This document shows positions 29,917 to 40,257 of a DNA stretch of 64,000 bases, one piece after another. The position numbers and the translations under genes were made by a program. The stretch is from Dehalococcoidia bacterium (GTDB lineage Bacteria > Chloroflexota > Dehalococcoidia > Plut-88900), in assembly GCA_965197645.1 (NCBI GenBank), contig OZ240219.1, forward strand, positions 2,784,001 through 2,848,000. Reading direction: 5' to 3'. The notes under the pieces were generated by a model. That model was not told where the DNA came from and ran no database searches. It saw only the letters and a list, made by a program, of their open reading frames with translations. Numbering within the stretch: position 1 is the stretch's first letter; each line of letters starts with the position of its first letter.

Positions 29917-30079
29917 TAGGCTCTAAACATTGGCCAACTTTTCAAATTTGTGACATTGTTCGCCCACGTTGACGCAGATTGCTCAATTCGATTACCGACC
30001 ACAACCCACCGGAACCGGGGGACTTGTTATGAGCGCTAACGCATCTCAGCCGAGCCCTCACTAGGCTAGCTCACCCAAG

Positions 30080-31474
30080 CTAGGCCGTATAGCGGTACCC
30101 GGTCTTTTCCTGCTTGCTCTTGTTGAGACTCCGGTTCAGATGGAGCCCCTCCAGAACAAACTCGATGGCCGAGGCCGCCGATGCAGATTCCTTATCGCAT
30201 CCCAGGCGCTTCACCGCCTCGTCGACTCCATCCAGGGATCTGAGCGATCGAGCGAAGGACCGGGACGCCTTGAATTCCGAGGTCTCAAAGGTAAATCCGG
30301 TCTCGAATTTTTGGACCACCTCAGCGAAGTCCTCTTTGGCGAAGTACCTGTTGAAGACGTTGGCCGCGGCCCTCTTGATCAGCTCCTCCAGAATCTGCTC
30401 GGCCCGCTCCTCTTCCACCGTCTCCAGCTCCAGTTTCCCGATGGTCGAGGACGCAATGTAGGGCAGATCGGACATCCTGGGCGCCACGACCCTCTCCTTG
30501 TTTCTGATGGAGCGGCGCACTGCGTTTCCCACTATGCTTTCGTAGTTGGCCGTAGAGATCCGAACGCTGACCCCCGAGCGCTGGTTGATATCGGGGCTGT
30601 TCCGGGCCAGGTTTGTGATCTCGGCGATGATCTCCTTCATGAACTGGGGGATCACAGTGGTGCGCCCATCGTCGAACTTCGTGCGCTCCATGTCCATGAT
30701 CTCTATCTCGACGTCCGGGCTCAGGGGGTAGTGGGTCCTGATCTGCGCTCCGTACCTGTCCTTCAGGGGAGTGATGATCCGGCCCCGGTTGGTATAGTCT
30801 TCCGGGTTGGCGCTGGAGACGACGTATACATCGAGGGGCAGCCTCACCCGGTATCCCTTGATCTGTATGTCCCGCTCCTCCATCAGGTTGAACAGGCCCA
30901 CCTGGATACGCTCGGCCAGGTCCGGCAGCTCGTTAATGCAGAATATCCCGCGGTTGGTCCTGGGGATCAGGCCGAAGTGGATCGTCAGCTCATCGGAGAG
31001 GTACCTTCCCTCCGCCACTTTAATGGGGTCGATCTCGCCGATCAGGTCGGCGACGGTGATGTCCGGAGTTGCCAGCTTCTCGCCGTACCGTTCGTCGCGC
31101 GGAAGCCAGTCTATCTCCGTCTCGTCGCCCTGCTGCTCGACCTTGTCGATACACGGCCTGCATATGGGAGCGAAGGGATTGTCGCTTATCTCGCAACCCT
31201 TGATAACGGGGACCTCCTCATCGAGAAGGCCCACCAGCGCCCGGATAATCCGGCTCTTGGCCTGGCCCCGTTCCCCCAGTAAGATTATGTCCTGGCCGGC
31301 CAGGATGGCATTCTCTATCAACGGGATGACGGTCTCATCGTATCCCATGATCCCGGGAAAGACCGGCTCATCGTTTTCCAATCTGGTGATGAGGTTCTTC
31401 CTCAGCTCCTCGCGCACCGTCAGGACCGGATACGACTCCTTTTTCAGATCACCGATGGTCTTCATCTTCGCCAT
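30080..31474 (-). CDS. AAA+ ATPase, Mg-chelatase/MoxR-like (Rv0958-like)
   Basis: GERGQAKSR, INELPDL and NPEDYTNRGRI. Confidence 0.85.
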   Translation of the reverse strand: MAKMKTIGDLKKESYPVLTVREELRKNLITRLENDEPVFPGIMGYDETVIPLIENAILAGQDIILLGERGQAKSRIIRALVGLLDEEVPVIKGCEISDNPFAPICRPCIDKVEQQGDETEIDWLPRDERYGEKLATPDITVADLIGEIDPIKVAEGRYLSDELTIHFGLIPRTNRGIFCINELPDLAERIQVGLFNLMEERDIQIKGYRVRLPLDVYVVSSANPEDYTNRGRIITPLKDRYGAQIRTHYPLSPDVEIEIMDMERTKFDDGRTTVIPQFMKEIIAEITNLARNSPDINQRSGVSVRISTANYESIVGNAVRRSIRNKERVVAPRMSDLPYIASSTIGKLELETVEEERAEQILEELIKRAAANVFNRYFAKEDFAEVVQKFETGFTFETSEFKASRSFARSLRSLDGVDEAVKRLGCDKESASAASAIEFVLEGLHLNRSLNKSKQEKTGYRYTA

Positions 31475-31629
31475 TGCCGACTCCTCAGCTTGTAGAAAGC
31501 TAATCGGGGCTTTGAATTAGTTAACGAATGGGGGAGGATTTCGGGCGCTTCCGAACTTGTCCGATGCCCGGCGTCCACGTCCCATGTTCCCAAAAACCCG
31601 ACTTGCCTGTCAAGGAGAATGGCCCGCTC

Positions 31630-31680
31630 AACCCCAGGTTGGTTTTCCCTCCCGACCACCCCGGATTGCATCCGTAGGCT
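31630..31680. repeat. Intergenic repeat family D copy
   Basis: ccctcccgaccaccccggattgcatccgtaggc. Confidence 0.7.
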
Positions 31681-31793
31681 CTCCGTCCCCGCGGGTTCGT
31701 TTTGTACCATGGACTCCAGTATCGGGGCGGCGCCAGGCCGGAGATGAGCTCGCTTGCGCTCTCCTCCAATATGCGGTTAGTCTAGCTTCTATC

Positions 31794-32978
31794 ATGGCTG
31801 AATCGCAGCCACTCACAGTTCGCCTGACCGATATCGGCCCCGGTGGCGCCGCCCTGGGACGGAAAGATGGCCGGGTCGTCTTGGCGCCTTACGGCATACC
31901 CGGCGAGACCGTGTGCCTCAAGATTACCCGGTCCAAGGGAGACCGCCTCGAAGGCACAGTAACCCAGGTCCTCCAGCCGTCTCCTCACCGCATCTCCCCA
32001 CCCTGCCCCTATTTCGGCGCATGCGGAGGGTGCCAGTGGCAGCACATAGACTACGAGCACCAGCTGGAGCTGAAACGACGCATTTTGAAGCAGCAGCTCG
32101 AGAGAATAGGTGAAATACAGTCCCCCTACGTTCCGCCGACCCTACCCTCCCCCCAACAGTGGAACTATCGGAACCACGCCCGCTTCAGCACGGGCCGCAA
32201 CAACGAGCTCGGTTTCATCGAGACCGATGGCCGCAGGTTTCTGCAGGTGGACTCGTGCGGCCTGATGCATCCGCAGATCAACCGCACGTTGGCAAATCTG
32301 CAGGGCAAGGGGAGCCGGGCCCACCAGGTCTCGGTGCGGTATGGAACGGGAACGGGGGAGACCATGATCCAACCTGCGCAATCAGCAATCGATTGCGAAC
32401 CCTCTCAATCCTACTTCTCGGAGACCCTGTTCGGATACCGGTTCAGAGTATCCGGCCCGTCCTTCTTCCAGGTCAACACCCCCCAGGCCGAGCAGCTGAT
32501 CGCCGCGGTCCGAGACCGGCTCGACCTGAAAGGCAACGAGGTGCTGGTGGATGCTTACGCCGGCGTCGGCACCTTTGCTGTCCTCCTAGCTCCTTATGTC
32601 AAACAGGTCATCGCCATCGAGGAATCCTCTGCCGCTGTTTCCGACGGCCGGGTCAACTGTGCCCCATTCAAGAACATCGAGATAGTCATCGGCAAGACCG
32701 AAGCGGTCCTTCCCCGCCTTGAAGAGCGGCCCGACGCCGTCATCCTGGACCCTCCTCGCATCGGCTGCCGCGAGGAGGTTCTCGATGCGCTGATGTCCCT
32801 GGCACCGCGGCGCATCGTGTACGTCTCCTGCGATCCCGCCACCCTCGCCCGGGACCTGGGCATCCTGTGCAAGCGGGGCTATCGACTGCTGGAGTCCCTG
32901 CCCGTCGACATGTTCCCCCAGACCAACCACATCGAGAGCGTCAATACCCTGGTCCGACGGGACTCCTTTGAAATCTAA
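31794..32978 (+). CDS. rlmD: 23S rRNA (uracil-5)-methyltransferase RlmD/TrmA family
   Basis: TRAM domain, CPYFGACGGCQWQH, SFFQVN, LDPPR, YVSCDP and DMFPQT. Confidence 0.9.
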   Translation: MAESQPLTVRLTDIGPGGAALGRKDGRVVLAPYGIPGETVCLKITRSKGDRLEGTVTQVLQPSPHRISPPCPYFGACGGCQWQHIDYEHQLELKRRILKQQLERIGEIQSPYVPPTLPSPQQWNYRNHARFSTGRNNELGFIETDGRRFLQVDSCGLMHPQINRTLANLQGKGSRAHQVSVRYGTGTGETMIQPAQSAIDCEPSQSYFSETLFGYRFRVSGPSFFQVNTPQAEQLIAAVRDRLDLKGNEVLVDAYAGVGTFAVLLAPYVKQVIAIEESSAAVSDGRVNCAPFKNIEIVIGKTEAVLPRLEERPDAVILDPPRIGCREEVLDALMSLAPRRIVYVSCDPATLARDLGILCKRGYRLLESLPVDMFPQTNHIESVNTLVRRDSFEI

Positions 32979-33612
32979 CCCCATCCCTCCCCTAATCCTC
33001 GCTTCCGCCTCTCCCAGGCGGCGCGAGATCCTGTCCCGGTTGGGTGTACCCTTTTCGATAGTCATCTCCGAGGTCGACGAGAGTACCTTCGGGACCGCCA
33101 ACCCCGAAGATCTAGCCCGCACCCTCGCCCTTGGCAAAGCCGAGGAGGTGCACAACCGGTGTCCCACCTCGACCGTCCTGGGCGCCGACACCGTAGTCAG
33201 CCTGGATGGTGTGGCTTTGGGTAAACCCGCTGGACCGGACGATGCTCAACGCATGCTGTTCGCCCTCCGGGGCCGTACGCACACGGTGGTCACCGGCATG
33301 GCCCTCATATCCGAGGACGGGGCAGCCCCGGTGGTGCACCACGTATCCACCAGGGTTACTATGCGTCCCTACACCCTATGTGAGATAGACCGATACGTGG
33401 CATCGGGCGACCCGTTGGACAAGGCCGGGGCCTACGCCATCCAGGACGCTGACTTTCACCCGGCCGCCAGCTTCGATGGCTGCTATTGGAACGTGGTCGG
33501 TCTTCCCGCCTGCCAGGTGGTCGATGCGTTCCGCCGAATCGGCTTCAGGATCGTACCGGACGGCGCTTTGACCTCTCAGTGCACACCTGCGGTCTGTCCC
33601 CTCCAGCGATAG
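32968..33612 (+). CDS. maf: Maf-family nucleoside triphosphate pyrophosphatase
   Basis: LASASPRR, GADTVV and DKAGAYAIQ. Confidence 0.9.
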   Translation: MKSNPIPPLILASASPRRREILSRLGVPFSIVISEVDESTFGTANPEDLARTLALGKAEEVHNRCPTSTVLGADTVVSLDGVALGKPAGPDDAQRMLFALRGRTHTVVTGMALISEDGAAPVVHHVSTRVTMRPYTLCEIDRYVASGDPLDKAGAYAIQDADFHPAASFDGCYWNVVGLPACQVVDAFRRIGFRIVPDGALTSQCTPAVCPLQR

Positions 33613-33616
33613 CGTG

Positions 33617-34864
33617 TCAGCCGGCTCCACTTTTCGCCTCGACTACCGCCGCCGGCCTCCTCCTGGGGAGGAACATGGCCGCGAAGGTGATCAATAGAGG
33701 GAAAAGGGAGCTGACTATCAGCGCGGCCTCCAGGTCCGCCGTGGTGTCCTGTATGAATCCCACCGTGAGTGGACCCAGCACCCCGCCTCCCCAGAACATC
33801 GTCATCATCATCGATTGGAAGACCGCTGACTCCCGGGGCGTGCTACCCGGCAGCTCGAAGGGCACCGAGCTGAAGATGGTCCAAAAGGCGCCCCTGAAGA
33901 TCCCGTTGACAAAGAACATCAAGATCAGCAGCGGTATGAAATCGCTAAACAGCAGACCCATGTACGTTCCGGTCATACCCAGGCCCAGCACTATCAATGG
34001 AAGCCTGTTTCCCTTCGTCCTGGACATCACCGGCACGATGACAAGGCCGCCGGTCGCCACCACTACGCCGAGTATCCCTATCAGGAAGCCCGAAACCACC
34101 AGCGACATGTCGAAGGTCTCCTGCATAAACGTAGGCCAGAAGGTGATCTGGGCCATCTGCGCAAACGCGTACCCCACCATCCCAATCCCCACCAGCCACG
34201 GCTCCCGATACTTGAACAGCCCCTGTATTGGAGGTCCTGCATCGGACTGGGCGTCCTCGGACCCATCATCCGCTTTCCCCTCCTTGCCCAGCAACACCCA
34301 GGCCGCCGTTAGAGCCACGTTCAGCCCAGCCAGGGTGTAGGTCGTCTTCCGCCAATCGTCGCCGAAGGCGTCCAGCAAGAAGGGAGTGACCACAAATGCC
34401 AGCGACAGCGAAAGTCCGAAGATAGCATTGAGAAGGCCGAAGTAAAGCACCACCTCCCGGCCCCTCAGCCACTGGCGGACCAGCAGAGCTCGCGGCGGGT
34501 CCCTGGCCACCAGCGTCAGGCCGAAGACTATCCGGCCGGCCAGCAACATGGCGAAGGTCGGGGCCCATCCCTGCAGGAAAACCAACACGCTGCCGACGAC
34601 GAAGGTAATGGTGGTGGTCATCTTCGGGTTGTACCTGGACAGCCACCATCCAAAGGGGAGAGACGCGACGAGGCTGCCGATCACCGCAGACGATCCAAGC
34701 CAGCCCTGCTCCGCAGGAGACAGCCCCATCTCCTCGGTCATCGATGGCAGGAGGATTCCGAGCACCATGGCGCTCATCGTCGCCACGGCGTGACCGATGG
34801 AATAGGTGGTCATTACCACCCACTTCTGGTACGGGGTTCCCGGTTCGGTCCGCTTCTCTACCAT
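33617..34864 (-). CDS. MFS transporter (paralogue 4)
   Basis: About 12 TM segments; LSPAEQGWLGSS shared with neighbouring paralogues. Confidence 0.85.
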   Translation of the reverse strand: MVEKRTEPGTPYQKWVVMTTYSIGHAVATMSAMVLGILLPSMTEEMGLSPAEQGWLGSSAVIGSLVASLPFGWWLSRYNPKMTTTITFVVGSVLVFLQGWAPTFAMLLAGRIVFGLTLVARDPPRALLVRQWLRGREVVLYFGLLNAIFGLSLSLAFVVTPFLLDAFGDDWRKTTYTLAGLNVALTAAWVLLGKEGKADDGSEDAQSDAGPPIQGLFKYREPWLVGIGMVGYAFAQMAQITFWPTFMQETFDMSLVVSGFLIGILGVVVATGGLVIVPVMSRTKGNRLPLIVLGLGMTGTYMGLLFSDFIPLLILMFFVNGIFRGAFWTIFSSVPFELPGSTPRESAVFQSMMMTMFWGGGVLGPLTVGFIQDTTADLEAALIVSSLFPLLITFAAMFLPRRRPAAVVEAKSGAG

Positions 34865-34927
34865 AGCGCCCGCCAGACTATATCCCATCCTGGGCCGGGA
34901 TGGGTATCTCACAGGCTTGATGAGTTA

Positions 34928-35063
34928 TGGGGTGTGCAGAGAGGCGAAGTCCTTTTGCCGGGAGTCTGAGAGCCTGCCCTGAGCCCGCCGAAGGGGTGTC
35001 CCTCAGGAGTTACCTCTTTTTCTTTCCCCTTCCTGGCCAGGAAGGGGACCAAGGGGATGGTCG
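34928..35063. repeat. Intergenic repeat family B, copy 2, with an inserted cctgccctgagcccgccgaagg module
   Basis: Aligns with 172-285 except for an internal insertion of about 25 bp. Confidence 0.8.
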
Positions 35064-35084
35064 AAGCGGTGTCTCAACACCTTG

Positions 35085-36314
35085 CTAGTCCAGGGAGACG
35101 GCCATCTGCCGCTGTTGGGGCCGAGAGATCATAAGCCCCGTCGCAACCATGGTCAGCCCGAACAGGGACGTGATCACCAGAGAGGTGGCAAGGTCTCCGG
35201 TGGCTTCCTGCAGGAAGCCTGCAGATACCGGCCCTATCGCCCCTCCCAACCAGGCGCACATCATTATCACGGCCCCGGCTACGGCTATCTCCCGCGGCTT
35301 TATGCCGGGCAGCTCGAAGGGTATGGTCATGATGATCGGATAGAACAGGGTGCCCATGCCATTGACCAGGAACAGAGGAATGAGCAGCGATACCGAGCCC
35401 GTAGAGACCATGCCTATCGAGGTCAATACCGTGATCAACCCCGATACGGCGACCACCGGCTTTCTTATGTCACGTTTCGCTATGTACATCGCCGCCAGGA
35501 CGCCCCCGATGGCCCCCACCACCCCCGTTATCGCCTGAATAGAACCGGAAATGGTCAGCGGTATGTCGTACTCGTCCAGCATCAGGGTGGGCCAGAAGGT
35601 GATCATGGCGTTCCAATTGATGCTGACCCCCAGCATCCCGATCCCCACGTACCAGATGTCGCTGTGCCTGAGCACGTTTCTGAGAGGCGGCCGCGTCCGC
35701 AGACCCTCCCACTGCCGGTACTCCACGGTCGTCCGCTGTCGACCCAACAACTGCCAGGCGACTGCGATTCCAGCGAAGATGAAGCCGTACACCATCAGCG
35801 CCATGCGCCAGCTATCATCGAACCACACCAGTAGAAAGGGCGTCAGGAGAAAACCTGTGGTTATGGCCAGGCCGAAGGTGGCGCTGTAGACGCCGTTGGC
35901 GATCATGATCTCCTTCCGGGGAAACCACTGGGCGAACAGCATCGCTCGGGCAGGCTCTCTTGCCAGCACTGCCACCCCGAACAGGAACCTGGCCGGCAAC
36001 AGGATGGCGAAGATAGGGGCCCAGCTCTGCAGGAAGATAAACCCCGTTCCCAGCAGCAGTGTGATAGTGATCAGTACCTTGGCGTTGAACCTCGTCAGAA
36101 ATATGCTCATGGGTATCGAGAAGATCAGATTGGCCAGCAGGGCCGAGGAGCCCAGCCAGCCCTCTTCAGAGGGAGATAGGCTCAGGTCCGCTGATATCGA
36201 GGGCAGCAGCACGCCCAGCGTGGTGACCAGCATGAAGCTGAACAGGTTAGATATCCCCACCATACCCAGTACTACGTACCGGTACGGCTGAGGCCTGGAT
36301 TCCGCCTGTTCCAT
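35085..36314 (-). CDS. MFS transporter (paralogue 3)
   Basis: About 12 TM segments; LSPSEEGWLGSS and REPARAM. Confidence 0.85.
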   Translation of the reverse strand: MEQAESRPQPYRYVVLGMVGISNLFSFMLVTTLGVLLPSISADLSLSPSEEGWLGSSALLANLIFSIPMSIFLTRFNAKVLITITLLLGTGFIFLQSWAPIFAILLPARFLFGVAVLAREPARAMLFAQWFPRKEIMIANGVYSATFGLAITTGFLLTPFLLVWFDDSWRMALMVYGFIFAGIAVAWQLLGRQRTTVEYRQWEGLRTRPPLRNVLRHSDIWYVGIGMLGVSINWNAMITFWPTLMLDEYDIPLTISGSIQAITGVVGAIGGVLAAMYIAKRDIRKPVVAVSGLITVLTSIGMVSTGSVSLLIPLFLVNGMGTLFYPIIMTIPFELPGIKPREIAVAGAVIMMCAWLGGAIGPVSAGFLQEATGDLATSLVITSLFGLTMVATGLMISRPQQRQMAVSLD

Positions 36315-36320
36315 TATCTG

Positions 36321-37616
36321 CTAGGAGGCGGACTCGGGGTTGCCGGCGCCCACAGGTTCCAACTGCATTTCACTTCTGTTCGGAGACCGCATAAACAGGG
36401 CCCCGAAGACCAACGACAGACCGGCGAAGGATAGGATCACCATCGTAAGCTTCAGGTCGCCGGTAATCTCTTGGAGTATTCCCGCCAGTGCGGGCCCAAT
36501 CGCTCCTCCGGCCCACATGCTCATCTCGTAAAACGCTACGGCTACCGCTATCTCTCGAGGCTTGATCCCCCGGAGCTGGAAGGGTACCGTCATCAGCACG
36601 GGGAAAAACGACCATCCCGTACCGTTCAGCACGTTCAACACCCATAGCAACGGCACCGATCCTGTTAGCGACATGGCGGCGGAGGTGGAAGAGGTCAGGA
36701 TCCCGCAAAGCACCAGAACGTGTCGGCCTAGGCCCCATCGGGCTGCGGCGAATGCGAAGATTAGGCCGAACACCGATGACATTATTCCACCGAGCGCCAG
36801 CATCGTCCCCGACGTCACCAGGGATATGTCGTAGTAGTCTAGCATCAGGGTAGGCCAGAAGGTGGCGATGCTCATCCACAGCATGTTTGCCCCGACCAGA
36901 CCCATTGACATCCCCCACAGCTCCCGGTATCGAAGTAGACTGCGAAGCGGCGTTCCCTCCTGGGAGCTGGCTGCTTGACGGTATCGCCTAGTGATCCGTT
37001 CTCTTCCGAAGATCTGCCAGGCCACACCTATGGCCAGGGTTGCTATCGCGTATATATAGAAAGCAGTCCTCCAGCCATCATCGAACCACAGCAGCATGTA
37101 GGGCGTCACAAAGAACCCGATGCCGATGGCTACCCCTATAGTCCCGTTCAACACGCCGTTGACCAGCACTATCTCTTCTCGGGGGACCCATTGCTGGGTC
37201 AACATCGCCCGCGCCGGTTCTCTCGCCATGCCTGCCACACCAAAAAACACCCTTCCGACCAGCAGCAAGGCAAACACCGGCGCCCAACCCTGGACGAATA
37301 GGAAGAAGGCGGCCGCTGCCAGGGTGATGGACACCACCAGCTTGGCATTGAGGCGGGATATCCACCAGCCCAGCGGTACGGAAACTACAAGATTGGCCAG
37401 TATAGCCGACGACCCGAGCCATCCCTGCTCGGAAGGCGACAGGCCTAGATCATTCGAGATCGAGGGCAACAGTACCCCCAAGTTGAACAGCACCAGGAAG
37501 TTGGCCAGCGTAGCCAGGCTTAGAATCGAGATTATGACAACTCGATAAGGCTCGGGCTTAACCTCGCCACCCACTGCTTGACCGACGTCATCCGTCTGTT
37601 CTATACCCTGGGACAT
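36321..37616 (-). CDS. MFS transporter (paralogue 2)
   Basis: About 12 TM segments; close paralogue of 37977..39299. Confidence 0.85.
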   Translation of the reverse strand: MSQGIEQTDDVGQAVGGEVKPEPYRVVIISILSLATLANFLVLFNLGVLLPSISNDLGLSPSEQGWLGSSAILANLVVSVPLGWWISRLNAKLVVSITLAAAAFFLFVQGWAPVFALLLVGRVFFGVAGMAREPARAMLTQQWVPREEIVLVNGVLNGTIGVAIGIGFFVTPYMLLWFDDGWRTAFYIYAIATLAIGVAWQIFGRERITRRYRQAASSQEGTPLRSLLRYRELWGMSMGLVGANMLWMSIATFWPTLMLDYYDISLVTSGTMLALGGIMSSVFGLIFAFAAARWGLGRHVLVLCGILTSSTSAAMSLTGSVPLLWVLNVLNGTGWSFFPVLMTVPFQLRGIKPREIAVAVAFYEMSMWAGGAIGPALAGILQEITGDLKLTMVILSFAGLSLVFGALFMRSPNRSEMQLEPVGAGNPESAS

Positions 37617-37837
37617 TCGATCCTTCCGAGGTTAAGAAAAGGGCCGGAGCCCTCAAAGAAACGGTTTAACCCCCGTGGCTCCGGCAGGCGGCCCCTCTCG
37701 ACTCTGGCGGGCAGCATTGTATCACGCCCGGTTCCAGGCGCCCCTCGATGCACCTGACCGCTCTGAGTGCCTTGGCCTGCCAGCGCTTGGGCATCTGAGG
37801 GAATCGCATAACAGCCCCTCACCGGGTATGAGCTTCG

Positions 37838-37969
37838 TAGATCGTCGGATATCGAAGGCAGCTGCACGCCGAGGGTGGTGACCGGCATGAAGCTGAAAAG
37901 GTTAGCCATCCCCAACATACCCAGTACTGCGTACCGGTGCGGCTGAGGCCCGGATTTCGCCTGTTCTAT
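37838..37969 (-). pseudogene. Truncated 5' remnant of an MFS gene paralogous to 35085..36314
   Basis: Translates as IEQAKSGPQPHRYAVLGMLGMANLFSFMPVTTLGVQLPSISDDL versus MEQAESRPQPYRYVVLGMVGISNLFSFMLVTTLGVLLPSISADL; ATG changed to ATA, similarity ends after about 44 codons. Confidence 0.85.
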
Positions 37970-37976
37970 ATCTCTC

Positions 37977-39299
37977 TTAGGAGATGGGGCCAGGGTCGCT
38001 GGCGCTCCGGAGGGGTGCGAGCTCTATCGATGATGTGGTCCCCAGGGGATCTCTAGCAGAGTCCAGCGACCGCACGAACAGGGCTCCTAAGACGAGGGAG
38101 AAGCCGCAGGGAGATATCACAATCAGGGTAAACTGAAGGCTGTCCGTTATCTCCTGCAATATCCCGGCCAACGCCGGGCCGACGGCACCGCCCGCCCACA
38201 TCGCCGTCTCGTAGAAGCCCACCGCCACCGCTATCTCTCGCGGTTTGATCTTCGGCAGGTAGAACGGCAACGTCATCAGCAGTGGGAAGAAAGACCACCC
38301 AATGCCGTTGAGTATCGTCAGTACCGTCAGCAGCAGCATTGAGTCGGTCAGCGTCATTGCGATGGAGGTGGTAACAGTGAGAACACCGCAAAGCACAAGG
38401 ATAGGCCTGCTTACGGCCCATTTGTAAGTGGCCCAGGAGAAGAGGAGTCCAAAGACGGCAGTTACCACACCGCCCACCGCCAACAGGGTTCCGGAGGCGA
38501 ACAACGATACTTCGAAATCCTCTAGCACTTGGGTTGGCCAGAAGGTGACGAATGCCATCCACAGCATGTTGGCCCCGAACACTCCAAAGCCCATGGCCCA
38601 CAGCTCCCCATATCGAAACAGGCTGCGGAGTGGATTGCCCTGTTGAGAGCCGGTCATTCGACTGTACTGCTTCGTGATCCGCTCTCGCCCCATCAGATGC
38701 CAGATGACGCCGATGGCCAGGGTTGCAGCTGCATACACGTAGAAAGTCGCCCTCCAGTCGTCATCGAACCATACGAGCATGAGAGGGGTAAGAAACAGCC
38801 CTACGGCTATCGCCATCCCGATGGTGCTGGTGAGCAGGCCGTTGACCAGCACCACCTCTCGTTTGGGGACCCACTGCTGGGTCAGCATAGCCCGCGCAGG
38901 CTCGCGGGCAACGCCCAAGATGCCGAATAGGACCCTTCCCGCCACCAGGACGGCAAAGATCGGGGCCCACCCTTGCACGAAGAGGAAGAGGGCAGATCCT
39001 ACCAGGGTTATGGTCACAATCCACTTGGCATTCATCTTGGAGAGCCACCAGCCCAGCGGGAGGGAGACGATTAGATTGGCCAGGATGGCGGACGAGCCCA
39101 GCCAGCCCTGCTCGGAGGGTGAAAGGCCCAGGTCTTCGGAAATCGAGGGCAGGAGTACGCCGAGATTGAACAGTATGAGGAAGTTGGCCAGGGTCGCCAG
39201 GCCCAAAATCGAGATTATGACAAAGCGATAACGCTCAGTCTTAAGCTCGCCACCCACTGTCTGACCGACGCTATCCATCCGTTCTGTGCCCTTGGACAT
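37977..39299 (-). CDS. MFS transporter (paralogue 1)
   Basis: About 12 TM segments; LSPSEQGWLGSS. Confidence 0.85.
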   Translation of the reverse strand: MSKGTERMDSVGQTVGGELKTERYRFVIISILGLATLANFLILFNLGVLLPSISEDLGLSPSEQGWLGSSAILANLIVSLPLGWWLSKMNAKWIVTITLVGSALFLFVQGWAPIFAVLVAGRVLFGILGVAREPARAMLTQQWVPKREVVLVNGLLTSTIGMAIAVGLFLTPLMLVWFDDDWRATFYVYAAATLAIGVIWHLMGRERITKQYSRMTGSQQGNPLRSLFRYGELWAMGFGVFGANMLWMAFVTFWPTQVLEDFEVSLFASGTLLAVGGVVTAVFGLLFSWATYKWAVSRPILVLCGVLTVTTSIAMTLTDSMLLLTVLTILNGIGWSFFPLLMTLPFYLPKIKPREIAVAVGFYETAMWAGGAVGPALAGILQEITDSLQFTLIVISPCGFSLVLGALFVRSLDSARDPLGTTSSIELAPLRSASDPGPIS

Positions 39300-39528
39300 T
39301 CGATCCTTCTGGGGTGAAGAAAAGGGTAGGAGCCCTCAACGAAACAGTTTACCCCCGCGGCCCCGGCCGGTGGCCATTGTATCACGTCCGGTTCAAGCCA
39401 CTTTTGACTCCCCTCGATGGTGGCTTAGCTACAAACCCTCTGTTATACTCGTAGGCTGAGGGGCAGCCTCCCCCAGGCTGCCAGCTACTTCGGTCGAGTC
39501 GAGAAGCATCTATCCCAGGATTGTCCCT

Positions 39529-40194
39529 ATGGACGATATAGCCGAGCTAGAACCAACTGCCAATCAGGACGTAAGTCCGGAACAGGATCCTTCCGCCTGG
39601 TCTGTGGCACGGACTGTCTTGCGCAAGACCCCGATACGCGAAGAGCACATCGTCATCGCGGTGATCGTGCTGGCCGTAGGTCTCAGCATCGGAGTTTTCT
39701 TCCTGAAGGACACCATCCTCAACGTTGCCAACCTCAACACCGTAGGCTATGCAGGAGTATTCGTATTCACCTTCCTGGGCGCCGCCACCATATTCCTTCC
39801 CAGCGGAGGCAGCGCAGCCGTCATCCTATCTGGTGCAGTCCTCAACCCGGTCCTTGTGGGACTGCTGGCGGGAGTAGCGGCCGCCCTGGGAGAACTGACG
39901 GGATACGTCTTGGGTTACGAAGGCAGTGGCATTCTCGAAAAACGGATCAAGATGTTCCCCAAGGTCAAGGGATGGATGGAAAAGCGCGGCGCTCTGACCA
40001 TTTTTGTTCTCTCTGTACTGCCCAATCCACTGTTCGATGCGGCAGGACTAGCAGCAGGGGCCATCCGATTCCCGGTGCGAAGGTTCTTCTTCTTTTGCTG
40101 GTCAGGAAAGACCATTCAAGCGTTGGCCGGGGCCTTCATAGGCGCTCTGGGGTCCGACTGGCTCGTCGGCCTGGCTGAGGGTGTCCTGGACTAA
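39529..40194 (+). CDS. VTT/DedA (SNARE-associated) membrane protein
   Basis: GELTGYVLG and SVLPNPLFDAAG; extended -10 TGTTATACT at 39441. Confidence 0.8.
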   Translation: MDDIAELEPTANQDVSPEQDPSAWSVARTVLRKTPIREEHIVIAVIVLAVGLSIGVFFLKDTILNVANLNTVGYAGVFVFTFLGAATIFLPSGGSAAVILSGAVLNPVLVGLLAGVAAALGELTGYVLGYEGSGILEKRIKMFPKVKGWMEKRGALTIFVLSVLPNPLFDAAGLAAGAIRFPVRRFFFFCWSGKTIQALAGAFIGALGSDWLVGLAEGVLD

Positions 40195-40257
40195 GCTCGT
40201 CTCAGGACCCCGCATGGAGGAAACCCAGAGGGTCCCTCTCCCCGAACCGATTGATGA

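Larger units (their letters stand above)
28047..30076. mobile_element. Retron-carrying island bounded by a 10-bp direct repeat (TAGCTCACCC)
   Basis: TAGCTCACCC at 28047-28056 and 30067-30076 (12/13 match when extended); interior visibly AT-richer than the flanks. Confidence 0.55.
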
